A stretch of DNA of 64,000 nt from Mytilus trossulus (lineage: Eukaryota). Positions 42,101 through 54,719 of the stretch are shown here, piece by piece (position 1 is the stretch's first letter; every line of letters begins with the position of its first letter). The notes below the pieces were generated by a model, which did no database searches, had not been told where the DNA came from, and was given only the letters and a program-made list of their open reading frames with translations. Both the position numbers and the translations under genes were made by a program. The stretch is taken from NCBI RefSeq assembly GCF_036588685.1, contig NC_086373.1, positions 106,640,001 to 106,704,000 of the forward strand, read 5' to 3'.

Positions 42101-45100
42101 CTACACATCTGTGACTATTGAGATCTTAACTTTCTAGTAAGTTTTGGGGTCAACACCAGGGACTAAACTTAACTGTTTTTGTCTAGGGGCCAGCTGGGCC
42201 CCTAAGATATTTTTTTCAGGGGCTCAGTTGAAAGTTTAGGAGCCCAGCCAATCTTTATACAAAAAGAATAAATGAAAATAAAACTGAAAATAACTTAATA
42301 TACTTACTAACAGTGTTCCAGCTTGAATCTCAGGGCAGAAGGGAGCTAGTGCTCCTAAGTAAGGAGTTTTAAAAATAAAACCGGTGAGATGGGAGAGGAT
42401 AATTTTATTTTGATGAAACATTACATTGCATACATTGCAGAAGCTAAGAACTGTTACTTTTTTTCTCCATAATTGTTAAAATTAAAAGCAGTTAATAAGT
42501 GCCCCCATGCTGAGACTACTATAACACAAAAAAAAAAAAAATGTGTTATAGTAGTCTCAGCCCCATGTAAGGAGGATCATAAATACAAGAAGTAAAACAG
42601 GAAGTACAGTCTTGTTTATGTTCAAATACAAATTTCTCTGATTCTTCTTTAAATATATGTTCATGGTATGAAACAAAACAGTTTTTTTTAATAAAGCTTA
42701 TAATATTTAAATTATTGCCACCAAAAATGTATTATAAGATTTGACAATATTTATTTTAGGTTATTTCCTGCCAAAATTGTCTCCCTTCGTTTTTTTCAAC
42801 TTCCTGTTGACCTTTAGACAACATGGCTGTTTCTTCTTTTAATAAATACTATCTCAATCCAAGCCATCCTCTAATAGTGTTGATCAAAATATATTTTGCA
42901 ATAAGTTTTTATTGAAGATTGGATATCAAACTTAATATTGGGATATTTATTTACGAGACTTTGCGTTTCGTTTTTACATTAAGTATTTTTTTGTAAATAG
43001 CGATTTAGGGACAAGTTACCGTCTAACACAGGCTTATGATGACTGCCAGGTCAATTAGAAAACATCCCTTTCGCGATGCTTATTGGACAGTTGAGATCAG
43101 TTGAGAAGAAAACACTATTCAATAATGAAATAATCGTAGGAAATCTAGCAGAGTTGAAAAAAAAACATGTTGATTGAGGAGGTATATGATATATCGTGAC
43201 TTCGGATTGAAAACATAGCTGTTCGACTGGGTTTAGGTTATTAGAAAGAACCTACTGGTTTTCGAAATACTCTATGTTACTATATCGCTTTGAAAAGACA
43301 AAACAGGTTTCCTTTTGGGAACAGTCTTTGTTAATATCGCTGGGGAAAGGGTACAAATGGGATTTACTTCAAATTTTTTAACAGTCGCCAGCTGGGCGAT
43401 CATGATGACTAAATTTGCCCAGCCGAAAATCTGGTCGCCTCGGGCGACTGGGCGAGCGTTAAGTTTAGTCCCTGCAACACATCTGTGACTAATGAGATCT
43501 AACCTTTCTAGAAAGTTTTGGGGTCAACACATCTGTGACTATTGAGATCTAACCTTTCTAGAAAGTTTTGGGGTCAACACATTCTGTGACTATTGAGATC
43601 TAACCTTTCTAGTAAGTTTTGGGGTCTACACATGTGTGACTATTGAGATCTAACCTTTCTAGAAAGTTTTGGGGTCAACACATCTGTGACAATTGAGATC
43701 TCACTTTTCTAGTAAGTTTTGGGGTCAACACATCTGTGACTATTGAGATCTAACCTTTCTAGAAAGTTTTGGGGTCAACACATCTGTGACTATTGAGATC
43801 TCACTTTTCTAGTAAGTTTTGGGGTCAACACATCTGTGACTATTGAGATCTAACCTTTCTAGTAAGTTTTGGGGTCTACACATGTGTGACTATTGAGATC
43901 TAACCTTTCTAGAAAGTTTTGGGGTCTACACATGTGTGACTTATGAGATCTAACCTTTCTAGAAAGTTTTGGGGTCAACACATCTGTAACTATTGAGATC
44001 TCACTTTTCTAGTAAGTTTTGGGGTCAACACATGTGTGACTATTGAGATCTCACTTTTCAAGTAAGTTTTGGGGTCTACACATGTGTGACTATTGAGATC
44101 TAACCTTTCTAGAAAGTTTTGGGGTCAACACATGTGTGACTATTGAGATCTCACTTTTCAAGTAAGTTTTGGGGTCTACACATGTGTGACTATTGAGATC
44201 TCACTTTTCTAGTAAGTTTTGAGGTCTACACATGTGTGACTATTGAGATCTAACCTTTCTAGTTAGTTTTGGGGTCTACACATGTGTGACTATTGAGATC
44301 TAACCTTACTAGTTAGTTTGGGGGTCTACACATCTGTGACTATTGAGATCTAACCTTTCTAGTAAGTGTTGGGGTCTACACATGTGTGACTATTGAGATC
44401 TAACCTTTCTAGTAAGTTTGGGGGTCTACACATCTGTGACTATTGAGATCTAACCTTACTAGTAAGTTTAGGGGTCTACACATGTGTGACTATTGAGATC
44501 TAACCTTACTAGTTAGTTTGGGGGTCTACACATGTGTGACTATTGAGATCTCACTTTTCAAGTAAGTTTTGGGGTCTACACATGTGTGACTATTGAGATC
44601 TCACTTTTCTAGTAAGTTTTGAGGTCTACACAAGTGTGACTATTGAGATCTAACCTTTCTAGTTAGTTTTGGGGTCTACACATGTGTGACTATTGAGATC
44701 TAACCTTACTAGTTAGTTTGGGGGTCTACACATCTGTGACTATTGAGATCTAACCTTTCTAGTAAGTGTTGGGGTCTACACATGTGTGACTATTGAGATC
44801 TAACCTTTCTAGTAAGTTTGGGGGTCTACACATCTGTGACTATTGAGATCTAACCTTACTAGTAAGTTTAGGGGTCTACACATGTGTGACTATTGAGATC
44901 TAACCTTACTAGTTAGTTTGGGGGTCTACACATCTGTGACTATTGAGATCTAACCTTACTAGTAAGTTCTGGGGTATACACATCTGTGATTATTGAGATC
45001 TAACCTTTCTAGAAAGTTTTGGGGTCAACACATCTGTGACTAATGAGATCTAACCTTTCTAGAAAGTTTTGGGGTCAACACATCTGTGACTATTGAGATC

Positions 45101-48100
45101 TAACCTTTCTAGTAAGTTTTGGGGTCTACACATGTGTGACTATTGAGATCTAACCTTTCTAGAAAGTTTTGGGGTCAACACATCTGTGACTAATGAGATT
45201 TAACCTTTCTAGAAAGTTTTGGGGTCAACACATCTGTGACTAATGAGATCTAACCTTTCTAGAAAGTTTTGGGGTCAACACATCTGTGACTAATGAGATC
45301 TAACCTTTCTAGAAAGTTTTGGGGTCAACACATCTGTGACTATTGAGATCTCACTTTTCTAGTAAGTTTTGGGGTCTACACATGTGTGACTATTGAGATC
45401 TAACCTTTCTAGAAAGTTTTGGGGTCAACACATCTGTGACTAATGAGATCTAACCTTTCTAGAAAGTTTTGGGGTCAACACATCTGTGACTAATGAGATC
45501 TCACCTTTCTAGAAAGTTTTGGGGTCAACACATCTGTGACTATTGAGATCTCACTTTTCTAGTAAGTTTTGGGGTCTACACATGTGTGACTATTGAGATC
45601 TAACCTTTTAGAAAGTTTTGGGGTCAACACATCTGTGACTATTGAGATCTCACTTTTCTAGTAAGTTTTGGGGTCTACACATCTGTGACTATTGAGATCT
45701 AACCTTTCTAGAAAGTTTTGGGGTCAACACATCTGTGACTTATGAGATCTAACCTTTCTAGAAAGTTTTGGGGTCAACACATCTGTGACTATTGAGATCT
45801 AACCTTTCTAGTAAGTTTTGGGGTCTACACATGTGTGACTATTGAGATCTAACCTTTCTAGTTAGTTTGGGGGTCTACACATCTGTGATTATTGAGATCT
45901 AACCTTTCCAGTAAGTTTGGGGGTCTACACATCTGTGATTATTGAGATCTTACCTTTCTAGTAAGTTTGGGGGTCTACACATCAGTTGTATCCTTTTCCA
46001 AAACCAGATTAACACAATCAGAACACATGGAAACATGAAAGTCTTAATGGAGAACCATATTATAGTAAATCCTCCATTCTGATGAATTGTCTACAACAAC
46101 AAAAACAGAATTATCTTAAAATAAACAGGTATAAATGGGACACTGATGATGCCATGCTTGCATATAAAGCTATAAAATAATTTAACTAAAGAAATGTTAA
46201 AATGATGCTACCCAAATTTGTACTTGATACATGTAAGTTTCATAATATTTGCTTGAGGCATTTTTCATTTGTAAAGAAGCATAATTAACTCTCGAACGAT
46301 TAAAGTAACACCACCAACATTCAAACTTTATATGTGTTTTTTTGTTAAGTACATTGTATTAAATAAGTGTTGTCTGTACATTTCATAACATTTGGTTGAG
46401 GCAAACTAAAGTAAGAGAATAAAAATCTATTGATAAAGGAGCATAACTCTAAAACAGTGAAAGTGACGCCACCAAAATAAAAACTTGATCTGTGTTTTGT
46501 GGTTATAAGCATTGTCTATTAATTTCATAAAACTTGGTTGAGTCAAACTGAAGCAAAAAATTCAGCAATGTTTTCATTGGTAAAGGGGCAGAATTCTAGT
46601 ATGGTAAAAGTGACGCCACCAAAATTCAAACATGATTTTTGTTTTCAAATAAGCATTGTGTATAAATTTGATTGAGGCAAACTTAATAGTTATCAAAGGT
46701 ACCAGGATTATAAGATAGAGAACAGAAACCAACTTTGGGATGTATGTACATAAAATGTATGTTTAAGTAGATTAAGAGAACTTATTAAGGTTTAGACAAT
46801 ATAATCAACAACAGGTGATATCTATTAAAAATTCTACTAACCACAAGAGAGATATCATCAATCTGACCAATATTTATATTCTTCTCAGGACTGGGAGGGA
46901 GTCGTAGGTTCAGAAGATAGTAATCATGGTGTAAACTGGAAATCTCAAAGGCATGCAGCAGCTCACAATCATACTGAGACCCTGGTTCTGTCTTAAAAAT
47001 AAATTTAAAGATGAAAGTAATGGTTGATTAGAACAATTGATGAACAGCAATATAAAACTTTATCAATTATAAAAATAATAATAATTTAGTAATTCCTACC
47101 TCATTCTTCTCATTAGAAGTGTCAGAACAGACAAGTTTTCAGTAATTCCTACCTCATTCTTCTCATTAGAAGTGTCAGAACAGACAAGTTTTCAGTAATT
47201 CCTACCTCATTCTTCTCATTAGAAGTGTCAGAACAGACAAGTTTTCAGTTATTCCTACCTCATTCTTCTCATTAGAAGTGTCAGAACAGACAAGTTTTCA
47301 GTTATTCCTACCTCATTCTTCTCATTAGAAGTGTCAGAACAGACAAGTTATCAGTAATTCCTTCCTCATTCTTCTCATTAGAAGCGTCAGAACAGACAAG
47401 TTATTAGTAATTCCTTCCTCATTCTTCTCATTAGAAGTGTCAGAACAGACAAGTTTTCAGTAATTCCTACCTCATTCTTCTCATTAGAAGTGTCGGAACA
47501 GACAAGTTTTCAGTAATTCCTACCATTAGAAGTGTCAGAACAGACAAGTTTTTAGTTATTCCTATAGAAGTGTTGGAACAGACAAGTTTTCAGTAATTCC
47601 TACCTCATTCTTCTCATAAATACTGATGGAACAGAATTTTTTTTAGTAATTCCTACCTCATTCTTCTCATTTGTACTGATGGTACAGACAAGTTTTCTAT
47701 CCTCTGCAGATTCTGCCAGTAATTTCCAATCACCCTCTCTATCTCCTTCGTTCCTGTAACCCAGTCTAAAATCCAACAGCATCACTGGGTTTAGTCCTAA
47801 TAATGATAAATAAATAAACATAGAGTGAAAATGCAGTGGTGACTGATGATATAGATGTACTGTAAATGAAGTGAGTTCAAATCTGCAATTTTGCAAGCCC
47901 TCTCTCATGGTGCTTCTTGAGGTATTTTTTTTAAGAGTTCTAAATTCAGTTCTTTGCACACATTAAATGACCTAAAAGTTAACTGTTTGTACACTTTTGT
48001 TCTTTGGTCTTTAGATTAAGCTTAGTCAATTAAAGAGGAAACATGTCCAATATCACTGCTCAATTTGAGGCTCAGTTGCATCCGGATATACATTTACATG

Positions 48101-51100
48101 AAGACAAAATTTAATTCATTTAATTGTCCACATATGCTCTCAAACATAAAGTTAATCTCCAAACACTTACCTTTACATAGATATTGTTTAATAAGGGAAG
48201 AAACTTCAATAATAAAAGGTAGGGCCATTAAGGGCTCCAAAAAATAGAAATAAAGGTTACAGATTAAAACAACATGTCTTGTGCCCTATGATTTAACAGT
48301 CTGCACCAAAAACTTTTTCAACTACTAGTCCAAAGACCAATATTCAGACATTTTTCTTATTGGTCCAAAAAATTTTTGCAAAAACTTGCTAGTCCGAATG
48401 AAATTTTACTAGTCTGGGGCATCGGACTAGTGGCTAACCGTGCAGCCTGTGATTATGAAAATAGTTTACATGTTCTCGCTTGAATGGCAATACTAATTTT
48501 TGATACATTAATTGTAGTAACTTCAATGTATACCATTCAGCATGTTCAGTCAATGCCCTAAAACATCAAGATGCATGTACACGAATACTGTAAACCAACT
48601 TATTTTGCGACTTACAATGTACATGTATAACACAAATATAAATCATCCTAAATATGTCAAACTGGGATCTTTCCTTGTTAAACTACATTGTACATCAAGT
48701 TAATTAGAAAATCGCCAAATTAAATAGCCGTGAAGTGGACTAGAAAGTGGTAAACGCAAAATAAAGTATAAGCAATATTAACATGATTAATTTGGTTTAC
48801 AGTAATGGTAATCTTGAAGTGAATTCTTTACCAATGTAATCCACTTACCTACAGGATTGTGTGGTTGATATATAATGTCAAGCTGTAATACAGACATCAT
48901 GTACTGAAACCGTGGATGCATCTTCAGCTCTTGTCCATCTCTAGGGCCAGGAATCCAGAAAGCAAAAACAACCTGTTTGTCTGTTATCTCTTGACTAATG
49001 ATTTTAGGATCGTCAGGCCTTAAACTATCCAACTTCTCACAGCTAATGCTCTTATTTCCTCTAGGTATATGCCATTTCTCTCTGTTGACATATCTACCTC
49101 TGGAATAGCATTTTGTACCAATGATAATGTTCACATTGTTAGGTTGAGGAGCTACAAGTATAAAATTGAGTTATTTACATGCATGCAAAGCTTCCCATAT
49201 TATTTTCATTGAAACTAGAGACTCTTAAAGTGTTAATACCACCAAATCATAGTACGTCACATCCTGTTTTCCATGCGAAAAAGGGTTGAAAAAATTATCC
49301 CTTGAAATTGACATTTGTAGGAAATTAATCAAACATTTCATTGCAGTGAAAAATTTCTACGTTATAAACATCTATGTTGGTTGTTTTAAAGCAGTGTTAT
49401 TTTTCTATTTGGTGTTTCTATAGGTTTTGTTTTCTTGGGCTACAGTATCCACTCTTGTTCATAACATAGCTAGTATTCTGTAATAGCAACACAATTTGCC
49501 CCTGCTTTCCATTAGTTTCCAAATTATGTAAAAATAAGAAGTTGTGGTATGATTGTCAATGAGACAACCAGCTGGTGACAACTATCCACCACAGACCAAA
49601 TCATTTTATGCTTAGATGTAAACAACTTGTATTTGTAGGCGTTTGTTCAAGTTATTGCACATGGTTATTGGTATCCTGTTGGTAGCTGCACTGTGTGTTT
49701 TATCATGTGTATTAGTTTTATAACAAATGGTCTAAATGGGAAATCTGGTTTTTTGTGATAACATACTTTGTAAGACTGGTTAATTCTTATAACCCCACTA
49801 CATTTTGTGACTGAACAAAGTCAGGGTAATTAGACAGGACCATGTGTTGTTTGCTAATTTGTTTGTTGGCAAAGTATAACTGGAAGGGAAATCCCTTGTT
49901 TTGCTTGGTGATACTTCCAGAAGTGGGTAATACACGTACTGGCATGGGCATTATAAAGTTTTATCATTCTTTAGTTGTTACACAAGGCAAAATACAATTT
50001 AAATTTGCACATTTTTGAAAGCCAAAGTTTTGATATTTAGAAATCATTTCAAAGTACTGTTTTAGTTTATAGAAATAGAGGTAGTGTAAAAAGCCAAGAA
50101 AAATGGTTTTTGAATAACAACCAAATAGATATATGTGACAGTTTTGTATATTTGGGTATTCTTTTTAATTATAATGGCAGTTTTTTACATACTCAAAAAA
50201 TGTTAGCAAATCAAGGAAGAAAAGCTGTTTTTGCATTATGTAGTAAAATTGTAGATGAATATTATAACTGTGAAACATTACTGTCCTTATTTGATACCTA
50301 TGTATCTAGTATACTTAATTATAGCTGTGAAGTGTGGGGTAATCATAAAGCTGGTGATATAGAGAAAGTACATTTATGTTTTTTAAAACGAATTCTAAAG
50401 GTTAGAAAAACTGCTGTTAATAACATGGTTTACTGTGAATTGGGACGTTATCCAATGTATTATGAAAGACAAAGAAGACTGATTCAATTTTGGTTCAAAT
50501 TATTAAATACTGATAACTGTATACTTAAAGCATGTTATGAAGATATGTTGGAGAGTTCATTTAAAAAACCCAATGACAAATCGAATTGGGCTTGTTCAGT
50601 CAAAGATATATTATGTAGTTATGGTTTTCATGATGTATGGCTAAAACAAAGTGTAAATAATGTTGATATATTCATACATGAGCTAAAACAAAGAATGAAA
50701 GATACCTTTATTGCTGATGCTAATTCTTTTTTTAATAATTCATCAAAATGTATACTTTATAGATATATATATGACACAGATATACTGCAGTTTTATTTAG
50801 ATAGACCTGTTAATCAAATATATAAACCTTTTATATGTAAATATCGTATCTCCGCACATAGCCTCAATATAGAAACAGGCAGATATTACAATGTAGATAG
50901 AGAAAGTAGATTTTGTACTATGTGCACTAACAATATTGTAGAAGATGAATACCATGTTATTCTAGAATGTAATAGATATAGTGATGTAAGAAAACAATAC
51001 ATTAAGAAATATTATTGGCAATATCCATCCACTTTTAAACTTATACAGTTGTTATCAGTTCACAATGTAAAAGAACTTAATAATTTAGGTAAATTTTTGT

Positions 51101-52191
51101 TTAATATTGAAAAAAATCGTAATATGTAGTTGTATTATTTATTTATCATATGAATTTTTGTCTCATTCTCCGCCATGCATGTATTGTGTATAATTGTTGT
51201 ATTTATATTTCACTGATGCATTCAAAAAATATTGTAAAATTGTATATTCTATAAGCTGTATTGCTTCTGAATAAAGTATTATTATTATTAGTGCATTGTT
51301 AAATCTAATTGCTACATATTACTAAATAAACAACATTAAGGGTAAACGCCCCCTACACATATAGATTTAATAGAACAATAATAATTGTTGCTTGTATACC
51401 CATTGTGGGACCTTAATCATGTTAATTGGAATAATAAATATTTAATTTTATTAGATTTGTAGATAAGAAATGGAATGAAATAAAACAGAATTAGAAACAT
51501 GATAAAATGAATAGCCTACAGCAACTATTTTATATAATTAATTGTTTGAAGAATAATATTATGATTTAATTACACAAAATTAAATCTTTTGTTTATTTGT
51601 GTTACATTAAAATTTATCTGTTTGATTTTTTTAGTTGCAATACTGGTACAAAATATTGCAATCACCAACTACCAGATACAGGAGATCCACATAATGTATA
51701 CATGTACATTGTCTTTGTATTAATGTTATAAATTTATGCTGGGTGTAAGAGACTTTTCTTTGCACTCCCACTTAAAAAAATGTAATACCAATAAAAAATA
51801 GACAGCAGAAATGATGACTAATTCAAATAAACTTAAGTTTAAACAGCCTTACAGGGTAATTTGGTGCAAACTACAAAATATATCAAACATAATATTAGCA
51901 GGGTTTTTTTTACAAATAATCATCATTCTTGAACTACAATTAAATCATTTTGAAAATGTACATTTACAAAACAAAACACTGAATGTGTCACTGATAAGAC
52001 CGAATAAGTGTACTGTCCATAATTATTTATTTTACAAAAAGTTTGTACCCGAAAATTATCCGAGTGAAAAGTTAGTCAAACTTACCTTGCAAACCACCAA
52101 TTAAGAAAAACGTTATAAGTAACATAAGCAATATTAAGCTGAGAATGATGAGTTTCTTCCAACTCAAGTTTTCCAAAACAACGCCAGCCAT
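36175..52191 (-). CDS. wls: Wntless (Wls/Evi/GPR177), 548 aa, 13 coding exons: 52191-52086, 49151-48849, 47796-47657, 46991-46842, 46090-45954, 41206-41166, 40552-40425, 39211-39114, 38582-38519, 37830-37687, 37080-36927, 36773-36693, 36275-36175
   Basis: All exons are GT-AG bounded and phase-compatible (1647 nt total). Translation contains Wntless hallmarks: [88 protein letters not shown]. Confidence 0.97.
37831..38518 (-). other. U12-type (minor spliceosome) GT-AG intron, wls intron 9
   Basis: 5' splice site is GTATCCTTTT. Branch site TTCTTTAAC lies 8 nt from the 3' end (ATAAAAAG). There is no polypyrimidine tract. Confidence 0.9.
37981..38436 (+). mobile_element. Second HINE-like element with two ~180-bp internal repeats, inside the wls U12 intron
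   Basis: Starts AACAAG. Contains a duplicated block (TGTTCAGTGGACC..GAAATTGGGGT...TTTCAAGTTGATTGGACTTCAAC), short GACT repeats, a 3' hairpin and an A-run. Confidence 0.6.
42157..43474. mobile_element. Non-autonomous TIR DNA transposon (1318 bp), hAT-like ends, 6-bp TSD
   Basis: Perfect 17-bp TIR CAGGGACTAAACTTAAC / GTTAAGTTTAGTCCCTG. CAACAC is duplicated at 42151-56 and 43475-80. The empty site can be read from neighbouring satellite units. Confidence 0.9.
42510..42560. mobile_element. 51-bp miniature inverted-repeat element (19-bp arms plus poly-A spacer) with a 7-bp TSD
   Basis: CCCCATG | CTGAGACTACTATAACACA (A)n TGTGTTATAGTAGTCTCAG | CCCCATG. Confidence 0.8.
47088..47697 (-). repeat. 53-bp tandem array (~11 units plus the original) derived from the wls exon 3 / intron 3 junction
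   Basis: The unit GAAAACTTGTCTGT..AATGAGAAGAATGAG|GTAGGAATTACT repeats at 47088, 47141, 47194 and onward, and matches the exon 3 end and donor. Confidence 0.95.
50060..51290 (+). mobile_element. 5'-truncated non-LTR retrotransposon (LINE) 3' end, in wls intron 1, antisense to wls
   Basis: The 339-aa ORF has the post-RT motifs [14 protein letters not shown] and ELGRYP, and a C-terminal [16 protein letters not shown]...EDEYH....C zinc-knuckle region. It is followed by AATAAA and a (TTA)n tail at 51270-51290. Clade not determined. Confidence 0.9.
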
Positions 52192-54719
52192 GTCTTTGAT
52201 GGACAATCAGTCTAAATAACTCATAAAACGTGCTTTATCACTTTCGACAACTCTTCTGTCTGAAGAAAAGACTACAGCGCCATCTGGTCTGTTTATGTCA
52301 GACGCTTCCATTTTTAGGGGTGTACATAAATTTGTAGGACAACTTTCTTTGTCCAATTTTCCTTGTTGTATTTTGGTGATTTATTGTGAGTATTTGTTTT
52401 TACACCATATGCTAATAATCAAGTTCTCAACGAAATAGATATATAAAATTTCGTGACAAAAATATAGGAAATAACAAGTAGCGAAATATTCTTACCTGTC
52501 CCTAACAATAAGCAATCCCGTAAAGTTGCATATGGCGGAGAATACGAATTTTCCAGTGACTGAAATATAAGCAGAAGATTCCCAGTTCCTTATATTTACT
52601 AAGGTAGTTGTTTTTTCTTCATTTCTTACATTTAACATTTGTTAAGTTTATTGGACATATTTTATTCATCTTATATTCATAATCATTCTTTTAGTTTTAG
52701 TAGATAGTTTGGTTGATTTGTTGATATTTTTTTACTATTCATGTCATGAGTCCCATTGAACTGTCTTAAGAAAGTAGCAACAACGGACGTCTCTAAGGGC
52801 TTGCTTTCCGACCGATAATTAGCTCCGCAGACAGCCACTTTCTTGACTTTGAAAGAAAATTTTACTAACGGCATAACAAAATTACTGAACTCAAAGGAAA
52901 ATTCAAAACTCAAAGTCCTTTATCAAATGAAAGGCATTTCCTTGTTAAGAAAATGATGGTGTAAACTTGGTAATATATCGGACCGTTTAATATTGCGATA
53001 AAGTCATTAAAAAATGAAATGTAATAGGCAACCGACCCTGATTCAAAACTGAACCTTCCGTGACGCGGTAGTCTCAGCGCGGTGTTAAGTTTCTGTTAGT
53101 TAGTACCTGGATACGTTGAAGTTGTCTGTTGACCAGTGCGACAATCATTCTTAAGCCAAAAAACTTTTCTATTGCATAGCCTCATTTTCTATTTAGGATC
53201 ATTCATCATGCAGTTACCCATAAACTTCGTTTTGTTGGTTTGTCCATCCACAGGGCATAGGGGGATCTATACGTGATCTATACTGTTCTGAAGTGTTATC
53301 TTTTTGCAATTTGGCACACACACAAATCCATAGGTAAAGCGATGATTTACCTTCTTTTGCATCTATAACATGAAATCAAACAGTCCAAACAGACGACATA
53401 TAAAATCGTCATGGTATGCTTGCAAGTGCTTGTTAAAGTTGCTAGCCTATTTATGTTCATGTTCATATCAGGGCCTTTTTTGGACTATCGGCAGATCGCT
53501 CATTGATCGGAAACAAACTGACAATATCATGACAAAAAACGAAAACAGACAAGAACACAAACAACAGTACAAAAACACAACATAGAAAACTAAAGACCGA
53601 CAAATATGAACCCCACTTAAAACCGGCGCTCATTCCAGGTGCTGTGGAAGGGTAAGCATATAAAGTCTGCTACATACGTGAAACCCATCGTTGTGCTAAG
53701 GAAGCTATATACATGATAAGTCTAATTTGGTAGGTCTCATTTATCTAAATTACACACGAATTGTTGGTAAGTTATAACGAGTCTTTGCGTTGTTAATTAT
53801 TTCTTTTGATTTTTTTTACTTGTATACACGTTTTTGTATGTTATACTATCAATTATGAAAATTAAAGTTGAATCGGTGCTCATAAATATGACAGACAGCG
53901 AATTTATATCCATTGAGTCTCTCTTGCTTTTAAATTCCAATCGAAAGTACTGCAAGCTATCTGGTTTCTGTATCACTTTTTCGTTTTTAAAATTTCATAA
54001 ATAATTTACAGAAATTTATATAAAGATAAAAAAAAAAGAAGATGTTGTATGATTGCCAATGAAGTGAACTAATATATATGACAAAAGAGGACATCAAAAA
54101 TAAAAGCCAAATCCATTTAGGTCAACTTTGCCTGAGAAAGTTGAAACATTAGACTTAGTTTATAATCTGTCAATGTTATAAAGTTCGCTATAAAGCATGT
54201 TAGTACACCGAAGTATTGACTACTGAGCTAAACATACCCTCGGGACTGACAGTCCACCACCAGTGGTAATGATTATGTAGGCCCTGCTGTTCATAAGACC
54301 GATATGTACAGTCGGATGTTTAAGTTTTAACGTGTACGGTGTTAGCACATGAGGTAGTGAATAGTTTATGGGAAGACATAAACCTTTCATTCTCCGATCC
54401 CATCATAAGTACTTGACGAGAATCGGTAACTGGCAGATTTAAAGTATTTTGTTTGACTCGGCAATCTGGGGGCCCACGACCTCCCACACTCTAGGCGAAC
54501 ACGTTACCACGAGACCATGTACCTAGTATTAGGTTTATAGATTGAACCCCCCAACGTGTTAAATCAGGACAGCAAAAGTAATACAAAAAGTCTTGTTATT
54601 TTATAAAGAGGGAAGGACATGTCTATAAACATTTTCTCATCCGAGCTAAAGTTTTGAAAATCACGAATGAACTACTGTACTCTTACCTTTCAGATTAAAG
54701 ATTTATTTAATTTCAGACT

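Larger units (their letters stand above)
41630..45983 (-). repeat. 50-bp tandem array (~60 units) derived from the wls exon 5 / intron 5 junction, interrupted by a TIR element at 42157-43474
   Basis: The minus-strand unit ATGTGTAGACCCCAAAACTTACTAGAAAG|GTTAGATCTCAATAGTCACAG corresponds to the last 29 nt of exon 5 plus the first 21 nt of the intron. Confidence 0.95.

Noticed and set aside
41630-47697. CRISPR-like appearance of the regular arrays
   Set aside because: There are no unique spacers and no cas genes, the context is eukaryotic, and the units derive from wls exon ends.
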